Origin: Octopus sinensis
Lineage: Eukaryota
NCBI RefSeq assembly: GCF_006345805.1
Contig: NC_043006.1
Coordinates: forward strand, 101,432,001 to 101,496,000
Length of the DNA stretch: 64,000 nt
Reading direction: 5' to 3'
The notes below the pieces were generated by a model. That model was not told where the DNA came from, made no database searches, and saw nothing but the letters and a program-made list of their open reading frames with translations. The number at the start of each line of letters is the position of its first letter. The stretch's first letter is position 1. A program made the position numbers and the translations under genes. Below, in pieces: positions 11,158 through 24,045 of this stretch.

Positions 11158-11210
11158 CCAAGATATATATATATGTATATATTTATATATATATGTATAT
11201 ATATATATTT

Positions 11211-11985
11211 TGATTGATTGTGGCCATGCTGGAGCACCGCCTTTAGTCGTGCAAATCGACCCCGGGACCTATTCTTTGTAAGCCCAGTACTTATTCTATC
11301 GGTCTCCTCTGCCGAACTGCCAAGTGACGGGGACGCAAACACACCAGCATCGGTTGTCAAGCAATGCTAGACAAACACAGACACACAAACATATACACAC
11401 ACATATACATATATATATATATACTAGCAGTATCGCCCGGCGTTGCTCAGGTTTGTAAGGGAAATAACTATAAAGCATTTTTAGAGAGTTATAGCCAAAA
11501 AATAGCAAAGAAATGGAAAAAAAATGATGGTAAATTTTTTTTGAGATTTAAAAAAGGTAGAGTTGCGTCCCCTAGACAGTTTGTGGTTCGTATTCCTGAT
11601 TTCGACCCCATGTCGAATTTATCGATTTTTTCAGAACTGGGGGAACTTTTCAAAATTTTCGCTGCGTTGTTTTGAATTATGACATTGGGCTATGTGTGTG
11701 TCAAGTTTCATCAGAATCGGTTGAAAGCCGTGGTCAGGGTGAGGGACAAGCAAACAGACACACAGAAACACGCACAGACAAACTGCCGTTTTATAGAGAG
11801 AGATATATATATATATACACATATATATGACAGGCTTCTTTCAGTTTCCATCTACCAAATCCACTCACAAGGCATTGGTCGGCCCGGGGCTATAGCAGAA
11901 GACACTTGCCCAAGATGTCACGCAGTGGGCCTGAACCCGGAATCATGTGGTTGGTAAGCAAGCTACTTACCACACAGCCACTCCT
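11211..11985 (-). mobile_element. Family A SINE interrupted by a Helitron-type element
   Basis: The 3' body (11211-11420) and 5' half (11805-11985) match family A; the insert sits in the internal (TA)n tract. Confidence 0.9.
11424..11803 (-). mobile_element. Non-autonomous Helitron-type element, copy 3
   Basis: Reverse complement of the 3' end (CTAGcagtatcgcccggcgttgctcaggtttgtaagggaaataactata); minus-strand 5' TCtctctctataaaac; interior differs from copies 1 and 2. Confidence 0.8.
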
Positions 11986-12140
11986 ATATATATGTATATA
12001 TATGTATATGTATGTATATACCTGAGTAAGCACATAAATGTGAAACAAGGTGGAAAAAAGAGTACTCAAAACCAGAGGTAGAGTAATATGCTTTATTTCA
12101 AAGCAACAGAAATATTACAAAAGCTGTTACTATATTATAT

Positions 12141-12182
<42 letters not shown>

Positions 12183-13059
12183 ATGATGATGATATCTGTG
12201 TGTGCGTGTGTGTGTACCCATATAAGCATACACTTAGTGATATCATTAGCTTGAAAACAAGTGTATAGTGATGACTAGATGTGAATTATTTTCATATATT
12301 TAATGAAACTATTTTTGACTAAAATGAGAATCCTTTATTCTTTCAAATGATTTAAGTTTAAACATGAAATTATAAAATTAGCTTAATGCAGTTATTAAAA
12401 GTATCAATAACATCACAAAAATACAGTTTTTTGAAAGAAATGGAATGTCTGCATTAAAGATTAAGCATAAAATAGTATGGCACTAAGGTTAGTTATTTAG
12501 TCAGGTATTCCAAATTTTTCAAAACAGAATAATAAAGTGTCTTGTTCAGAGACACAACACACCACTTGGTCCAGGAATTTGAACCCATGGTCTTATGATC
12601 TTGCGCTAATGAAAACCCACCCACCCCAAACAGAAACCAAATTGAAAACGTTGCTTGTAGGAATTGAACTATATGTTTACTGTAGACTGGAGAGCCATGG
12701 TATCACTAAACTAGGGTTACTTACAAATATATTACAACCAAATTAGGAGCTTTAATCTTACTAATGGGAAAGGAAATCGGTTTGGGAAATTTGAAAATTA
12801 GTCTTTTTATGGAGTTGGTGAAAGCAGCCTGTGTATGCTTTCTGTTGGACATTTAGTATCTAAGAAATCTAAATATCTAAGCATTATTAAGCATAGTTAT
12901 GCTATTTTGATCATTGATAAAACTTTTCATCTCTTCTCCTTGGCAGACACATTTTTTCTTTTCTTCTTACATACACATTTTCTTTCCTTTTCATCCTTTC
13001 AGTGTCAATAAAATAACATACCAGTCAAATAATGGTATTGACTAACATCCTTTTCTAAA

Positions 13060-13250
13060 TATTGGTTTCAAATTTTGGCACAAGGTCAGCAGTTTTGGGG
13101 GAGGAGTTGACCCTAGTGCCCAATTGGTACTTATTTCATGGATCCTGAAAGGCAAAGTCAACCTTGGTGGAATTTGAACTCAAAATATAAAGATGGACCA
13201 AGTTCTGCTAAGCATCTTACCCAGTGTGCTAATGATACTGTCAGCTTTCT
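13060..13250 (-). mobile_element. Family B SINE
   Basis: ggtacttatttcatggatcctgaaaggcaaagtcaacc..tttgaactca. Confidence 0.75.
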
Positions 13251-13599
13251 GCTTTATCCTTTTCTCAATATTACTAGCTCTGTGCTTTACTCACAAACCT
13301 ATTCCAATTTCCCAAATGATATGTATATGTTTCTTAACTTTATCATTTAAAATTTAACAATAGTTGCCACTAACTATCTCTAGCTTTATATATAAATCCC
13401 CATCTACACAGTAATCAATATATATTCTCAAAGCACTAACTTTAGGCATCTCCAACGTAGAACTCAGTCTGATGGAATTTCTAAGTGACTGTGAACTTAT
13501 ACTTTGAAAAAAAAAAAAAATTCTTTGTACACATATTGTGTGCTTTCTCAGTTAATGTTTTACAGTTTTTCACACACATACACACTATATCATGATCAC

Positions 13600-13820
13600 A
13601 ATGAACGTCATCGTTATTTAAAATTCTTCTTCCATACTAGCATGGCTTGGACAGTTTAACAGAATTCAATGTCCAAGAACTCCATTATACTCCAGTGTCT
13701 GCTTTAGTATGGTTTCTACAGCTCAGTGTTATTCCTAATGTCAGACACTTCACAGAGTGTACTGTGTGCTTTTTCATGGCACCAGCACTATTGAGGTTTC
13801 CATGCAGCTTGCAAGACTAA
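13600..13820 (-). mobile_element. Family C fragment (degenerate)
   Basis: ttccatactagcatggcttggacag..ggtttctacagctc..ttcctaatg. Confidence 0.65.
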
Positions 13821-15005
13821 GATATTCTTTGATTGCGTTGGGTTATTGTAGAGTGGAAAGAAGCATATACACACACATTAATTTATCTGTCTATCCATCC
13901 ATTCATCCATTCATCCATGCCTGCTTGCATGCATGTAATTTCTGTACATCTTCAAAACCTTATTTGCCTTAAGCCATTTTTTGAAAAGTAGAATGATAGT
14001 ACACCATAACAAATTATTTGAAGCATTTTTCCATGTATTTTTCTATTATATTTAAATAGCAAGAATGAAAGAAAAAAATTATCTGATGTTATAATGAAAA
14101 ATAAATATAAATTATAATAAAATGTTTGACTTGATAATAAGGTTTGATTTTGCTACTATTTTTGTTAGTACTAAATAAATGATGATGATGATAGTAATAT
14201 TTTTATTTTGCAATTAACTTTTGAAGTTTTTATAATGGTGGGGAAATGACATTTTGTTCAATTTTTGTCTCATATTTGTCTTTATATTTATTTCTATATA
14301 TTTTTTTTAATTACTTTTATCTCAGATCTTTGATTTTCTTCTTTCATTCCATTCCCTTACTTCACCAGATTATACACACACACACACACATATAGATAAA
14401 GAGAGAAAGGGAGGGAGAGAGAGAGAGAGATTGTCTGTATCTATTGCTTATATATGTAGATGTATGTATTGTTATTTATTTCTTTTAGCAATTTGCATTG
14501 TAGAGTGCTTGTAATGAATGTTCCTAATGCCTGCTGCCTCTAGTAATTGCTGTCAAGAATTACCTGTTGTGTTGGATTAACTTCTTTTCTATTACTATTT
14601 TCAATGAAATTCTCTAAATTTGTTCTTAGAACTGTGTCAGCTATTTGAAATTCGAATCAGATATAGATGACGTTTGCTGGTATTAAACACTTTAAATTTT
14701 CTCTCTGTTTTTTTTTTATGTGTACATTTTTTATTGTGCATGCATGTCTGTATGCATGTGTGTGCACACATGCATATGTTAACTTTTCTGTATAGTTTGT
14801 TTTCCTTTCTTTCATTGTACTGTCATTATTTATTTTTAATGGTTTCAACCTGTCAATAGAGCCAACTTATAAATCTCTACAAATTTTTCCTAAGTCACTC
14901 ATTCTAAAGAAAAAATTTTTTATAGCTCTGAAATTTATCTTATTTTAGTAATTTTTCTAATCTTGCTTTGAATACATAGTGTTACTTCAAGAATTTTTAT
15001 TTCAC

Positions 15006-15480
15006 CTTCTTGCCAGTAGTTTGCGCCTGCATGTCTGAACACAGATCTCCCCATCTCCGCTAATGCTTCTTTGTACTAGTTCCATTACTTTGTCTTATGT
15101 TTTCCATGGCGGCATTTTGTTTTGTCTTCTTTTTTAACAACAAACAACCAATCTGGCATTTACTCAATAAATTGCCAGCGTCCAGAGATACTATCCCAGT
15201 TGATAATATAATAAATAATTCTTGATAGGTTTCAATCCTCATATGTTTACTGGTGGGCAACATTTTTATTGTAGTGTCTGACTCTTGAATCATTGACCAT
15301 TTCAAATTACTCAATTCTCTCTCAAATTTCCTTTTTCAATATTCACTACTTCTGTTGCATTGATTGTCTTAATCTCAATGAATTTCATCTTGGCATTTTT
15401 TTTAACCTTTTAAATTACTTTCCAATATTACTTGATACAACTATTTATAAATATCCTGCTATTCGTTGTACATTTTTGAA
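15006..15480 (-). other. Candidate exon with strong acceptor and Kozak-context ATG
   Basis: Acceptor tttttattttctcttcag at 15481; GCCGCCATGG with ATG at 15107; possible donor AAG/GTGAAA at 15005. Confidence 0.3.
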
Positions 15481-16944
15481 CTGAAGAGAAAATAAAAATA
15501 TAAGTCTTTTGCTTGTCGCAGATTGAGAAAGCTAAATTATATTTGGCTTATTGTAAAGTGTCCTCTGGATCAAATGCTTGTATCTTTTGATTTTTCTTTA
15601 GACAAATAGTTGACAAATGCAATGTGTATTAAGTCCATGTCTTGGGAAATGTAATAAGTACAATGTTTGCAGTGGAATATACAGGTGTTTTAGAACTTTG
15701 CAATGTAAAATGTTATACTAGCAATTAATTCACTTGGTTAATGCATTTCTTGAAATATTATTTTACGAAAAAGATGCAAACTATTTAAAATTCTAACATA
15801 CTCCATATGAATTCTTACTACGTCTAATTTTGTACTTATTCAGCTGTCATTCTTCTTTTGTTACTAGGAATAAAATTAGCCTTGAAAGCCAGATATCTTT
15901 AATCAATATGCAATTATTCCATTTAGATTTATAATCCAAAATTAATCAAAATAGGTAGAAACTAAACACTGGCCAGTCTGTGCAAGCAGTGAGTGTGCAT
16001 AATTTGTAGATTGATGGACACTATAAATAAGGTATATTACACACACATTAATAACTGATAACATAAACAACTGCAAAATGAAGACTGTGCAACTTGACTG
16101 GTTCAGTAGAAGTAGTTGTTATAAAGTGATTAAATTTATTACTGTTGCATTAGAGTATACATATGTAATTTCAGTGATATAGACACTGTAGAATAGAAAG
16201 GATTGCTTGTCTGCATTGTATATTGGCTGAACATTTCAGTTGGCAGATATTGGAGTTATCTGCCTTGTTTGGTTTTAAAAAAGAACAAATTTTTAATATA
16301 TTTTATTGAGATGTTCTTAAATATTAGATATTCAGGAAGTGTGAGCGACAAAATCCTCAGGGTTAAAGTGAAGCAGGGACCCACCATCCAATAAATACAA
16401 CTAGACATAAGTGGTGATGTAAGATACACATTGAAGTTTGGTGAAGCATTGCATTAGAATTAAGATGAAAAAAAATAATAAAGCAGGATGCCAAAGAAAT
16501 ACTTGATAGATATCAGCAGAAGTTGCTATTAAATATGGTATAGATGGACCTGACCCCCACCTCGGGCCTAAAAGAAGAAACAACAACAAAAAACACACAT
16601 TGTAAGACTGCTGTGGAAAGACTCTGTCCTGCCAGGAATTCATATAGGCCATGATGATGATGAATTGTTTGTTTTATCTCTGCTGCTTAGAGTTTCTCAA
16701 TTCTCCATATATCATATAAAACCCTACAATATTTCTATCGAGTTCGCCCCCACCCCTGGACTGTTTTCATTCAACCCTATAAATACTGTTAGCATGATTG
16801 CAACTTGTTGATGTTCTTAACATTCTGGTCCATCAGGATTAGGTGCACTTATGATCAAAAGCATTCTAGCTATGACTATCCTACATTTTGGAAATGTCTA
16901 AGACTATATTATCTAATGTACATTTTATGTAAGATGGTAGGGTG

Positions 16945-17115
16945 TGATGTGTGAGATATTGAGCTGCTATCTCTTGTATGTCAAGTAATCGCATTGAGGC
17001 TGTTTGCAAGTAATTTCATAAGATGCTACGGTATGATGTGTGAGATAGTAAGCTGCTATTTGTAGTATGTCAGGTAATCACATTGAGTCTGCCTGCAATT
17101 AATTTTATGAAGCGA
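16945..17115. repeat. 89-bp tandem duplication within a dispersed repeat
   Basis: tgatgtgtgagata..gctgctat..gtatgtca.gtaatc.cattgag at 16945 and 17034. Confidence 0.85.
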
Positions 17116-18367
17116 TTGATCACTGTTAGACTTTGGCAGGTGCATGCAGGACCATCTACTGTATTGATGTGGATAGATGATGCACATTGGATAAAATATG
17201 ATAAATGAAAATTTAGGTGGATGGTGTCCTTTGTTGAAAAAAAAAATAACATCTAGGACTGAGTGAACAAGATTAGATCTAAGAATTATGGTCTTTACAA
17301 ATATGATGTTGTAGCAGTAAGTCCTATGAGAAATGCTGAACTGTAGAACTATTCACCCCATGCCTTTATGAAAAACAGCTGTCAAAAGGATGATAATTCA
17401 TGGCCTTTTTTGTTCTTTTTATCATTTTTGTTTGTTTTTTCTTACACTAAAACCTATCAGTTTATTCACTGCAGAAGGGACGGAAAACTGGTCACTTGTT
17501 ACCACATTGATGTAAAATGTGCACAAAATTAAATATATTGTCTTTTAAAGAGCTGCTATTTATTGGTTTTTATTATGGCTTTTGTCATTAGTAATACAGT
17601 TAGTTGGATTCTTGTGTTATATTCCCTGCACCCTTTTTCCCTGATTACATTAAACACATGGTGTGCTGCATCACATAGAAAGAGAATTCATTGTTGCAGA
17701 TAAAAGGTATTCACTCACTCATGCAACTGAATATAGTTTTACTGAACGTAATTAGTCTGGTGCATGAGAAATGATGATACTATGACACGACACACTGTTC
17801 TTTCTGCAGTTGGACGTTAATTTTGATCTTTTTATTTTTTGTTTCCTTCTTTTTCTCATATGCCAAATTTATGGGTTATACATTTCTGTCTTTCTACACC
17901 TCTGAAATCTTTCAGAAGCATTTACAGCACTACTACTCTGGTTTGTTTGTTACATTCGCTGTGGAGATCAACAGGAGTTCAGGTGGAACCTTTGTTCTGA
18001 TTTTTAAGTAACTCAATAAAATGCTAGTTTCTATAGACTGGGTTAGAAGGGAACAATATTGTGGCTAGCTGGCTGCAGATATTATTGCTAATATGCAAAA
18101 GCAGTAATAAACTGCATTGTGAAGAATGCCAACCATTGGCAGGTAATCTACAAATAAAAACTGATGGGTGTTAACAACAAGCTCAGGGCTACAGGTTTAA
18201 TTCTGATTTTGTTATCTTGTTATATTAATTTTGCTAAATATATTAATAAATTGTTTTTATGTTATTTCTGATTTGTGTGTGTACATGACTGAAGCATTTT
18301 GATATATTCTACATGAATTTCTGAAAAATGTAACTATGATTATGTGTTGTAGGAGTTAATGTATACT

Positions 18368-18397
<30 letters not shown>

Positions 18398-18398
<1 letters not shown>

Positions 18399-19284
18399 GA
18401 GAAGGTAGCCAACCAAAAGTAACTGGAAACGTTCTCTGTGGGACAAACCTGTTGTAGTTCAGCTTCAGCCACCAGAATCCACTTGATGCAACCTCCAGAT
18501 ATCAGTCTGCCAACCGCTGGTGTTGTGTGGAGCTGTATCGCCACGTGGTGCATCTTTGTTTTGCAGTGCTTCTCCTGTGTTTGTCAATTTTTGTGATGGC
18601 TGAAACTAAAGAACAGTGTGCTTCCATGAAATTCTGTTTTCTGCTGGGGAAAACAGTGGCTGAAACAGTTGTCATACTTCAAACAGCTTTCAAGGATGTT
18701 TCATAAGTGGTTTTCATGCTTTAGGAACAGTCACCTGTCACTTGAAGACCAACCTCATTCAGGGTGACCATCGACCTCTTGAATGAGTGAAAACATCATG
18801 AAAATTCATTAATTGGTCTCAGAGGACCATCACCAAACAATTGATGAATTTGTTGATATGACTGGTGTGTCCAGAAACTCCTGCCAATGAATTTTTTGTG
18901 TGGAATTGTGAATGGAAAGAGTTGCATCAAAATTTGTGCCTCACTTGCTCAGAGAAGATCAAAAGTGTCACAACTGAATGTGTGTCAGAAACTGAAAGAA
19001 CAGTTGGAAGTTGATCTGGACCATTTTTCAAAGGTCATCGCAGGTAATGAAAGCTGGTTCTATGGAATTTGCAGATATAGAAGAGGTGAAGAAAAAAACA
19101 ATGGAGGCATTAAAAGGCATCACTTCGTAAGAGTTCCATCACTGCTTCAAACAGTGGGAAATGTGTCGGGACAAATGCATTGCTTCAAATGGAGAATGCT
19201 TTGAAGGCAATAACAGAGTAAACATGTTCAACTTAGTGAATAAAATAATATTGCAAAATTCCAGTTTCTTTTGGTATCCCCTCA
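18398..19284 (+). mobile_element. Internally deleted mariner element
   Basis: Imperfect TIRs (tgag..ccaaaag.aactggaa) flanked by TA; decayed transposase from ATG 18596 (MAETKEQCASMKFCFLLGKTVAETV), then VIAGNESWFYG and CFKQW..DKCIASNGECFEG. Confidence 0.9.
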
Positions 19285-19349
19285 TACACACACTCACACA
19301 CATTTTATTTAGTACATGCAGCCAGTCACACTGATGCCATCTATATATT

Positions 19350-19540
19350 CTCTTAGTTGTTTCATTTATTGGTCTGTAGCCATGCTGGAATTTTAACTTA
19401 AGTGGTCAGTTGATCAAATTGGAACCGAGTACTTATTTTGAAGTCCAGTACTTATTCTGTTGGGTTCTTCTTACCAAACTGCTAAGTTATAAGAATGTAA
19501 ACACACCATCACAGGTTGTCAAGTAGTGAGAAACAAACAT
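19350..19540 (-). mobile_element. Family A-related SINE, 3' part (degenerate)
   Basis: gtagccatgctgg..agtacttattctgttgg..gctaagttat..ggttgtcaag. Confidence 0.65.
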
Positions 19541-19543
19541 TAA

Positions 19544-19765
19544 CTCTTTAGTATTTAAACTGGCCATATCTGGCCCAAATATTCAGCCCTGTTTTATAAT
19601 TATCCTGGACAGATCCAGCCTCCCAACCTTACTTTACAACACCATTCTAGAAATAAACAACCGCAACATTGAAATCTTGAAGCTATGAGATAATGCATGA
19701 ATAATTAAAAACAATATGAATGAAAGAAGCATTACATTTGATAGATTAATCTTAATTCTAAAGGG
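19544..19765 (+). mobile_element. TTAA-type MITE, family P1
   Basis: TTAA/ctctttagtatttaaactggccatatc..ctaaaggg; homologous to 22072-22292. Confidence 0.8.
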
Positions 19766-20104
19766 TAACACACACACACATACACACACAGGCCTCTGCA
19801 CAATTTCTGTTTACCAAATTCACTCACATGGCATTGGTTGGCCTGGCGCTATAGTAAAAGATGCATATCCAAGGAGCTTCACTCAAAACTGTGTAGTTTG
19901 AAAACAAACTTCTTAACCACATGGTCACTATGCCCGGCCTACATTAATTTCTGATAAATGGGATTATCTATTTTGTGTGTGTGTGTGTTTATGAGTATAT
20001 GTGTTACACACACACACACATGTACACACACATGTAGTTTATTCAGTTATACATGTGCACAAACACTGATTAGGATCATGTAGATTGTATGTAATCATTT
20101 ATTG

Positions 20105-20435
20105 TGTTACTTCTTTCAGTCATTTGACTGCAGCTATGCTGGAATATCGCCTTGAAGTGCTTTCCAGTCAGTTAAATCATTTCTAGTACTCACTTCTGGT
20201 ATTTATTCTATCCCTCTCTTCGTTGCCACACTGTTGATTTAGAAGGCTGTAGGCAAAGTTACACTGGTTGTCAAGCATGAAAGACACACACACACACACA
20301 GAGTTACTGTCTTCCATCACATTTACTCACAAGGCACGGGTCAACCTGGGGCTATAGTAGAAGACACTTGTCCAAAGTGCCATGCAAACCATCTGGGTGC
20401 AAAGCAAAGTTCCTGACCACACAACCATGCTGGCA
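20105..20435 (-). mobile_element. Family A SINE (degenerate)
   Basis: ttcagtcatttgactgc..ggttgtcaagc..ggctatagtagaagacacttg. Confidence 0.7.
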
Positions 20436-20521
20436 CCTACACAATTGTACATCTTATATACCATAACGTATATACATATGGATAAGCAGTGGTATATGTA
20501 TACATTCATATTTATTTATTT

Positions 20522-20939
20522 GCAGGAGTGGCGTGTGGTAAGTAGCTTGTTTACCAACCACATGGTTCCGGGTTCAGTCCCACTGCGTGGCATCTTGGAC
20601 AAGTGTCTTCTGCTATAGCCCCGGGCCAACCAATGCCTTGTGAGTGGATTTGGTAGACGGAAACTGAAAGAAGCCCGTTGTATATATGTATATATATATA
20701 TATATATGTATGTGTATGTATATGTTTGTGTGTCTGTGTTTGTTCCCCTAGCATTGCTTGACAACCGATGCTGGTGTGTTTACGTCCCCGTCACTTAGCG
20801 GTTCGGCAAAAAGAGACCGATAGAATAAGTACTGGGCTTACAAAAAGAATAAGTCCTAGGGTCGATTTGCTCAACTAAAGGCGGTGCTCCAGCATGGCCG
20901 CAGTCAAATGACTGAAACAAGTAAAAGAGTAAAAGAGTA
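20522..20939 (+). mobile_element. tRNA-derived SINE, family A, near full length
   Basis: A-box TGGCGTGTGG, B-box-like GGGTTCAGTCCC, internal microsatellite, (AAAAGAGT)n tail. Confidence 0.92.
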
Positions 20940-22071
20940 ATACTTATAAGCATCACAGTCGTTCTCTCTTTTTTATCGCTTCCTTTCCCTATGTATGGAT
21001 GTATGTATGTATGTGCATATGTGTGTAGGCAGGTATGTATGTATATATGTATGTATGTATGTATCTATCTATCTATTTTTCTTTCTTTTATATTAGCAGT
21101 TTCAATATGTCTGATGTTATTTTTAAATAAATTCAGTTCAAAACTCATGTCCAGATTCTATAAAATTATGCTGGGTTAACCAGTTTAATAAATTATCTAT
21201 GGTAGCTAACAGTGTTTATATTGTATCATCTTCCACTCAATTGTGTGAATTACCTACATCACTATCTATGTCCTAATGTGTGTCTGGTGTGCATTTGTCT
21301 ACTTTTACTTGCCTGCTAGCCTTTTTATCTACATGTTTATCACACATTCTCTCTCTTTTCTTTCATATGGACACGTCATTTTTGTGGTGTGTTTCCCTTT
21401 GTTCTGTTTTGCATTCTTATTAATTTGTTTCGCATGCTCTGTCAACATCTGTCAAGATATTAGATGTTATCACAGAATTCCAGATTAATTTTGCTTTGAC
21501 ATTTAAAGATGATATAAATGAAGAATGGATGAAAGCAGAAGATAAAAATGAAGGGATATTAAAAAGTAGTGATGTTTTGTATATATGATATAACCCTTTT
21601 TCTTCAGTTAACTCCAATTTTTGTATCAGTTTGTATGTGTGTGTGTGTGTGTGTATTTGATCATATGCTGTTTTTCTGTACCTGAAAATATTTGCTCATA
21701 GAGTTATCGTTATTTGAATGGTGATTCCAGTGATAATGAAATATAGACAGAGCTGGGTTTTACTACATATTGAAATGTGGTTGTGTTGTGATCATATTGT
21801 GAGAAAATATCGATACATGAATGGTGCAACAATGGTGATATTGATTTCATAGTCATTACAATTGCTTACAGCTAACATTATTAGCATCGCTGTTGTGATT
21901 ATACATAACTTCTTCACTGCTCTTTCAGAAAATTAAAAATGTTTGTAACATATATGAGACATTGCCCTGCTGCATAAATGTATAAAGTTACTGTTGGCCA
22001 TTTGGTCAATGTTCAAAAATCTCAATGTCTGAGTTTTGGCCTTTGATATGTATTCTGGTCAATTCAGTTAA

Positions 22072-22292
22072 CCCTTTAGCATTTAAACCGGCCATATCCG
22101 GCCATAAGTATTCTGCCTGTTTTATGTTCAAACTGGCCAGATCTGGTCTCTCACACCAACCCTACAATATCATTTAAAAAATTAACAGCTACCTCTTCAA
22201 AATCTCAAAGCTACAAGATAATGCCTGATTAGTTCAAGGCAATGTGGATGAAAAAACCTTAATTTTGGTAGAATAATGCGAACAGTAAAGGG
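22072..22292 (+). mobile_element. piggyBac-type MITE, family P1
   Basis: TTAA on both sides with CCCTTTA...TAAAGGG termini; 221 bp; several homologues in the window. Confidence 0.85.
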
Positions 22293-22931
22293 TTAAGAGT
22301 TAAATGTATTTCCTTATAGAATTAGTCCGTTTTTGTCATTTCAGATAACTTTATTTTGGTGACCAACATGCAACATATTGTTACTTCATTTTCTTTTGTG
22401 GTATTTGCTTCCTCATTAATTAGCAAGTGAAATTTTACTTCTTTTCCTATTGTTTGAGAAATGTCTCACTGACTTTCCCAGAGTTGAATATTCATTTTCA
22501 CTTTCTTTACTGGCAGATATAATACTGCCTCTCTACTTCTCCACAAGTAAAATGCCATAGCTTTATATATCCATATGTAAAAAGTATTAGCTTTACTACT
22601 ATGGCTTTACTGCTATTTTATTGGTTGTTGTTATTAAGCCCCGAGTCAGTCTGGATTTAGCAAGCTTATGATCAAAAACCATTGCTGTGTTTTTTTTTCT
22701 TCTTTTTTTAAGTTGGCAGAGTGTTATTTAAGAATGATTTGGATGTTATTCTAAGCAGGCTGAATTGAATGACTACAGGCTCTCTTATTGGCTTGACTGT
22801 TTATAAGTATTCTCTGAGGAGCAAGAAAATGGTTGGGTGAATTAATGGTGTAATCAACATTTAGATGAAATGTTGCTGCTACGTTTCTTGTTACTGATAC
22901 CATGATGTATCTGTGGCCTAGACACTTTTAA

Positions 22932-23249
22932 CTGTTTAGCATTTAAACCAGCCATATCTGGTTTAGATATTGTACCCATTTTATGTTCAAACCAGCCACT
23001 CACACCTACCTTACAATATACTCTTTTTACTCTTTTACTTGTTTCAGTCATTTGACTGCGGCCATGCTGGAGCAACGCCTTTAATCGAGCAACTCGACCC
23101 CGGGACTTATTCTTTTGTAAGCCCAGTACTTATTCTATTGGTCTCTTTTGCCGAACCGCTAAGTAACGGGGACATAAACACACCAGCATCGATTGTCAAG
23201 CAATGCTAGGGGGACAAACACAGATACACAAACACACACGCGCATATAT

Positions 23250-23293
<44 letters not shown>

Positions 23294-23578
23294 ACGGGCT
23301 TCTTTCAGTTTCCGTCTACCAAATCCACTCACAAGGCTTTGGTCGGTCCGAGGCTATAGTAGAAGACACTTGCCCAAGGTGCCACGCAGTGGGACTGAAC
23401 CCAGAACCATGTGGTTGGTAAACAAGCTACTTACCACACAGCCACTCCTGCGCCTATGTTTCTAAAAATAAACAATTACATAATTGAGCTCTCAAACCTA
23501 TGCGATAACATGATTAATTCAAAACAATTGTGAATAAGTAAGCATTATATTTGACAGGGTAATATGAAAGTTAAAGGG
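22932..23578 (+). mobile_element. Family P1 MITE split by a family A SINE
   Basis: MITE 5' part 22932-23018 and 3' part 23456-23578 ending aaagggTTAA. Confidence 0.8.
23019..23455 (-). mobile_element. tRNA-derived SINE, family A, full length
   Basis: Tail (tactcttt)n through to head cctgcgcct; high identity to 20522-20939 in opposite orientation. Confidence 0.92.
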
Positions 23579-24045
23579 TTAAAAATGCTATTTAGTTTAA
23601 CGTAGAGGGCCAGTGCTCAAATCTTTGTATGCACTCAGTGTTTCTATGGATATCACACAGCTTGATAGTGTTGAAACACTTTAAGATCATGATGGCCTGT
23701 CCGTGGGAGACTTCGTTTGTTTGCAATGCTAGCATAGATTAAAAGAATAAATATTGCTGAAACTTTGTTTTGCAGATGGATGCTCTTCCTGCCACTAATT
23801 CTTACATTTCAAATAAGGGAGTTTTCATTTCACTCAATTTCAAGAGTATCCCAGACTTTTGAAACTTATCAGGAAGACAATGACTCTCCATCCTTAAATT
23901 CATATCCTTGTAACTTTCTAATAATATATTTTCTTTTAATGGCATTTTTTGGAGATCTGTTTTTGACGGCATGGATTATGATTATGTTGAAGTTTTGAAG
24001 AAAAAAAAAATTCTTTTCCTCTAGGAAGAAGTCTCTACCTTTTAA

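Noticed and set aside
10697-11281. ORFs rich in IY/YI/H repeats (also near 34.5, 42.2 and 53.1 kb)
   Set aside because: They are translations of TA/CA/CAT microsatellites.
17709-17770. ctcatgca/tgcatgag hairpin as a pre-miRNA
   Set aside because: Requires a 4-nt bulge and gives a short total stem.
20516-20764. Recurrent ORFs MSSNARGT../YQIHSQG..DTCPRCHAVGLNPEPCGW
   Set aside because: Antisense frames of the family A SINE, repeated at every copy; not genes.
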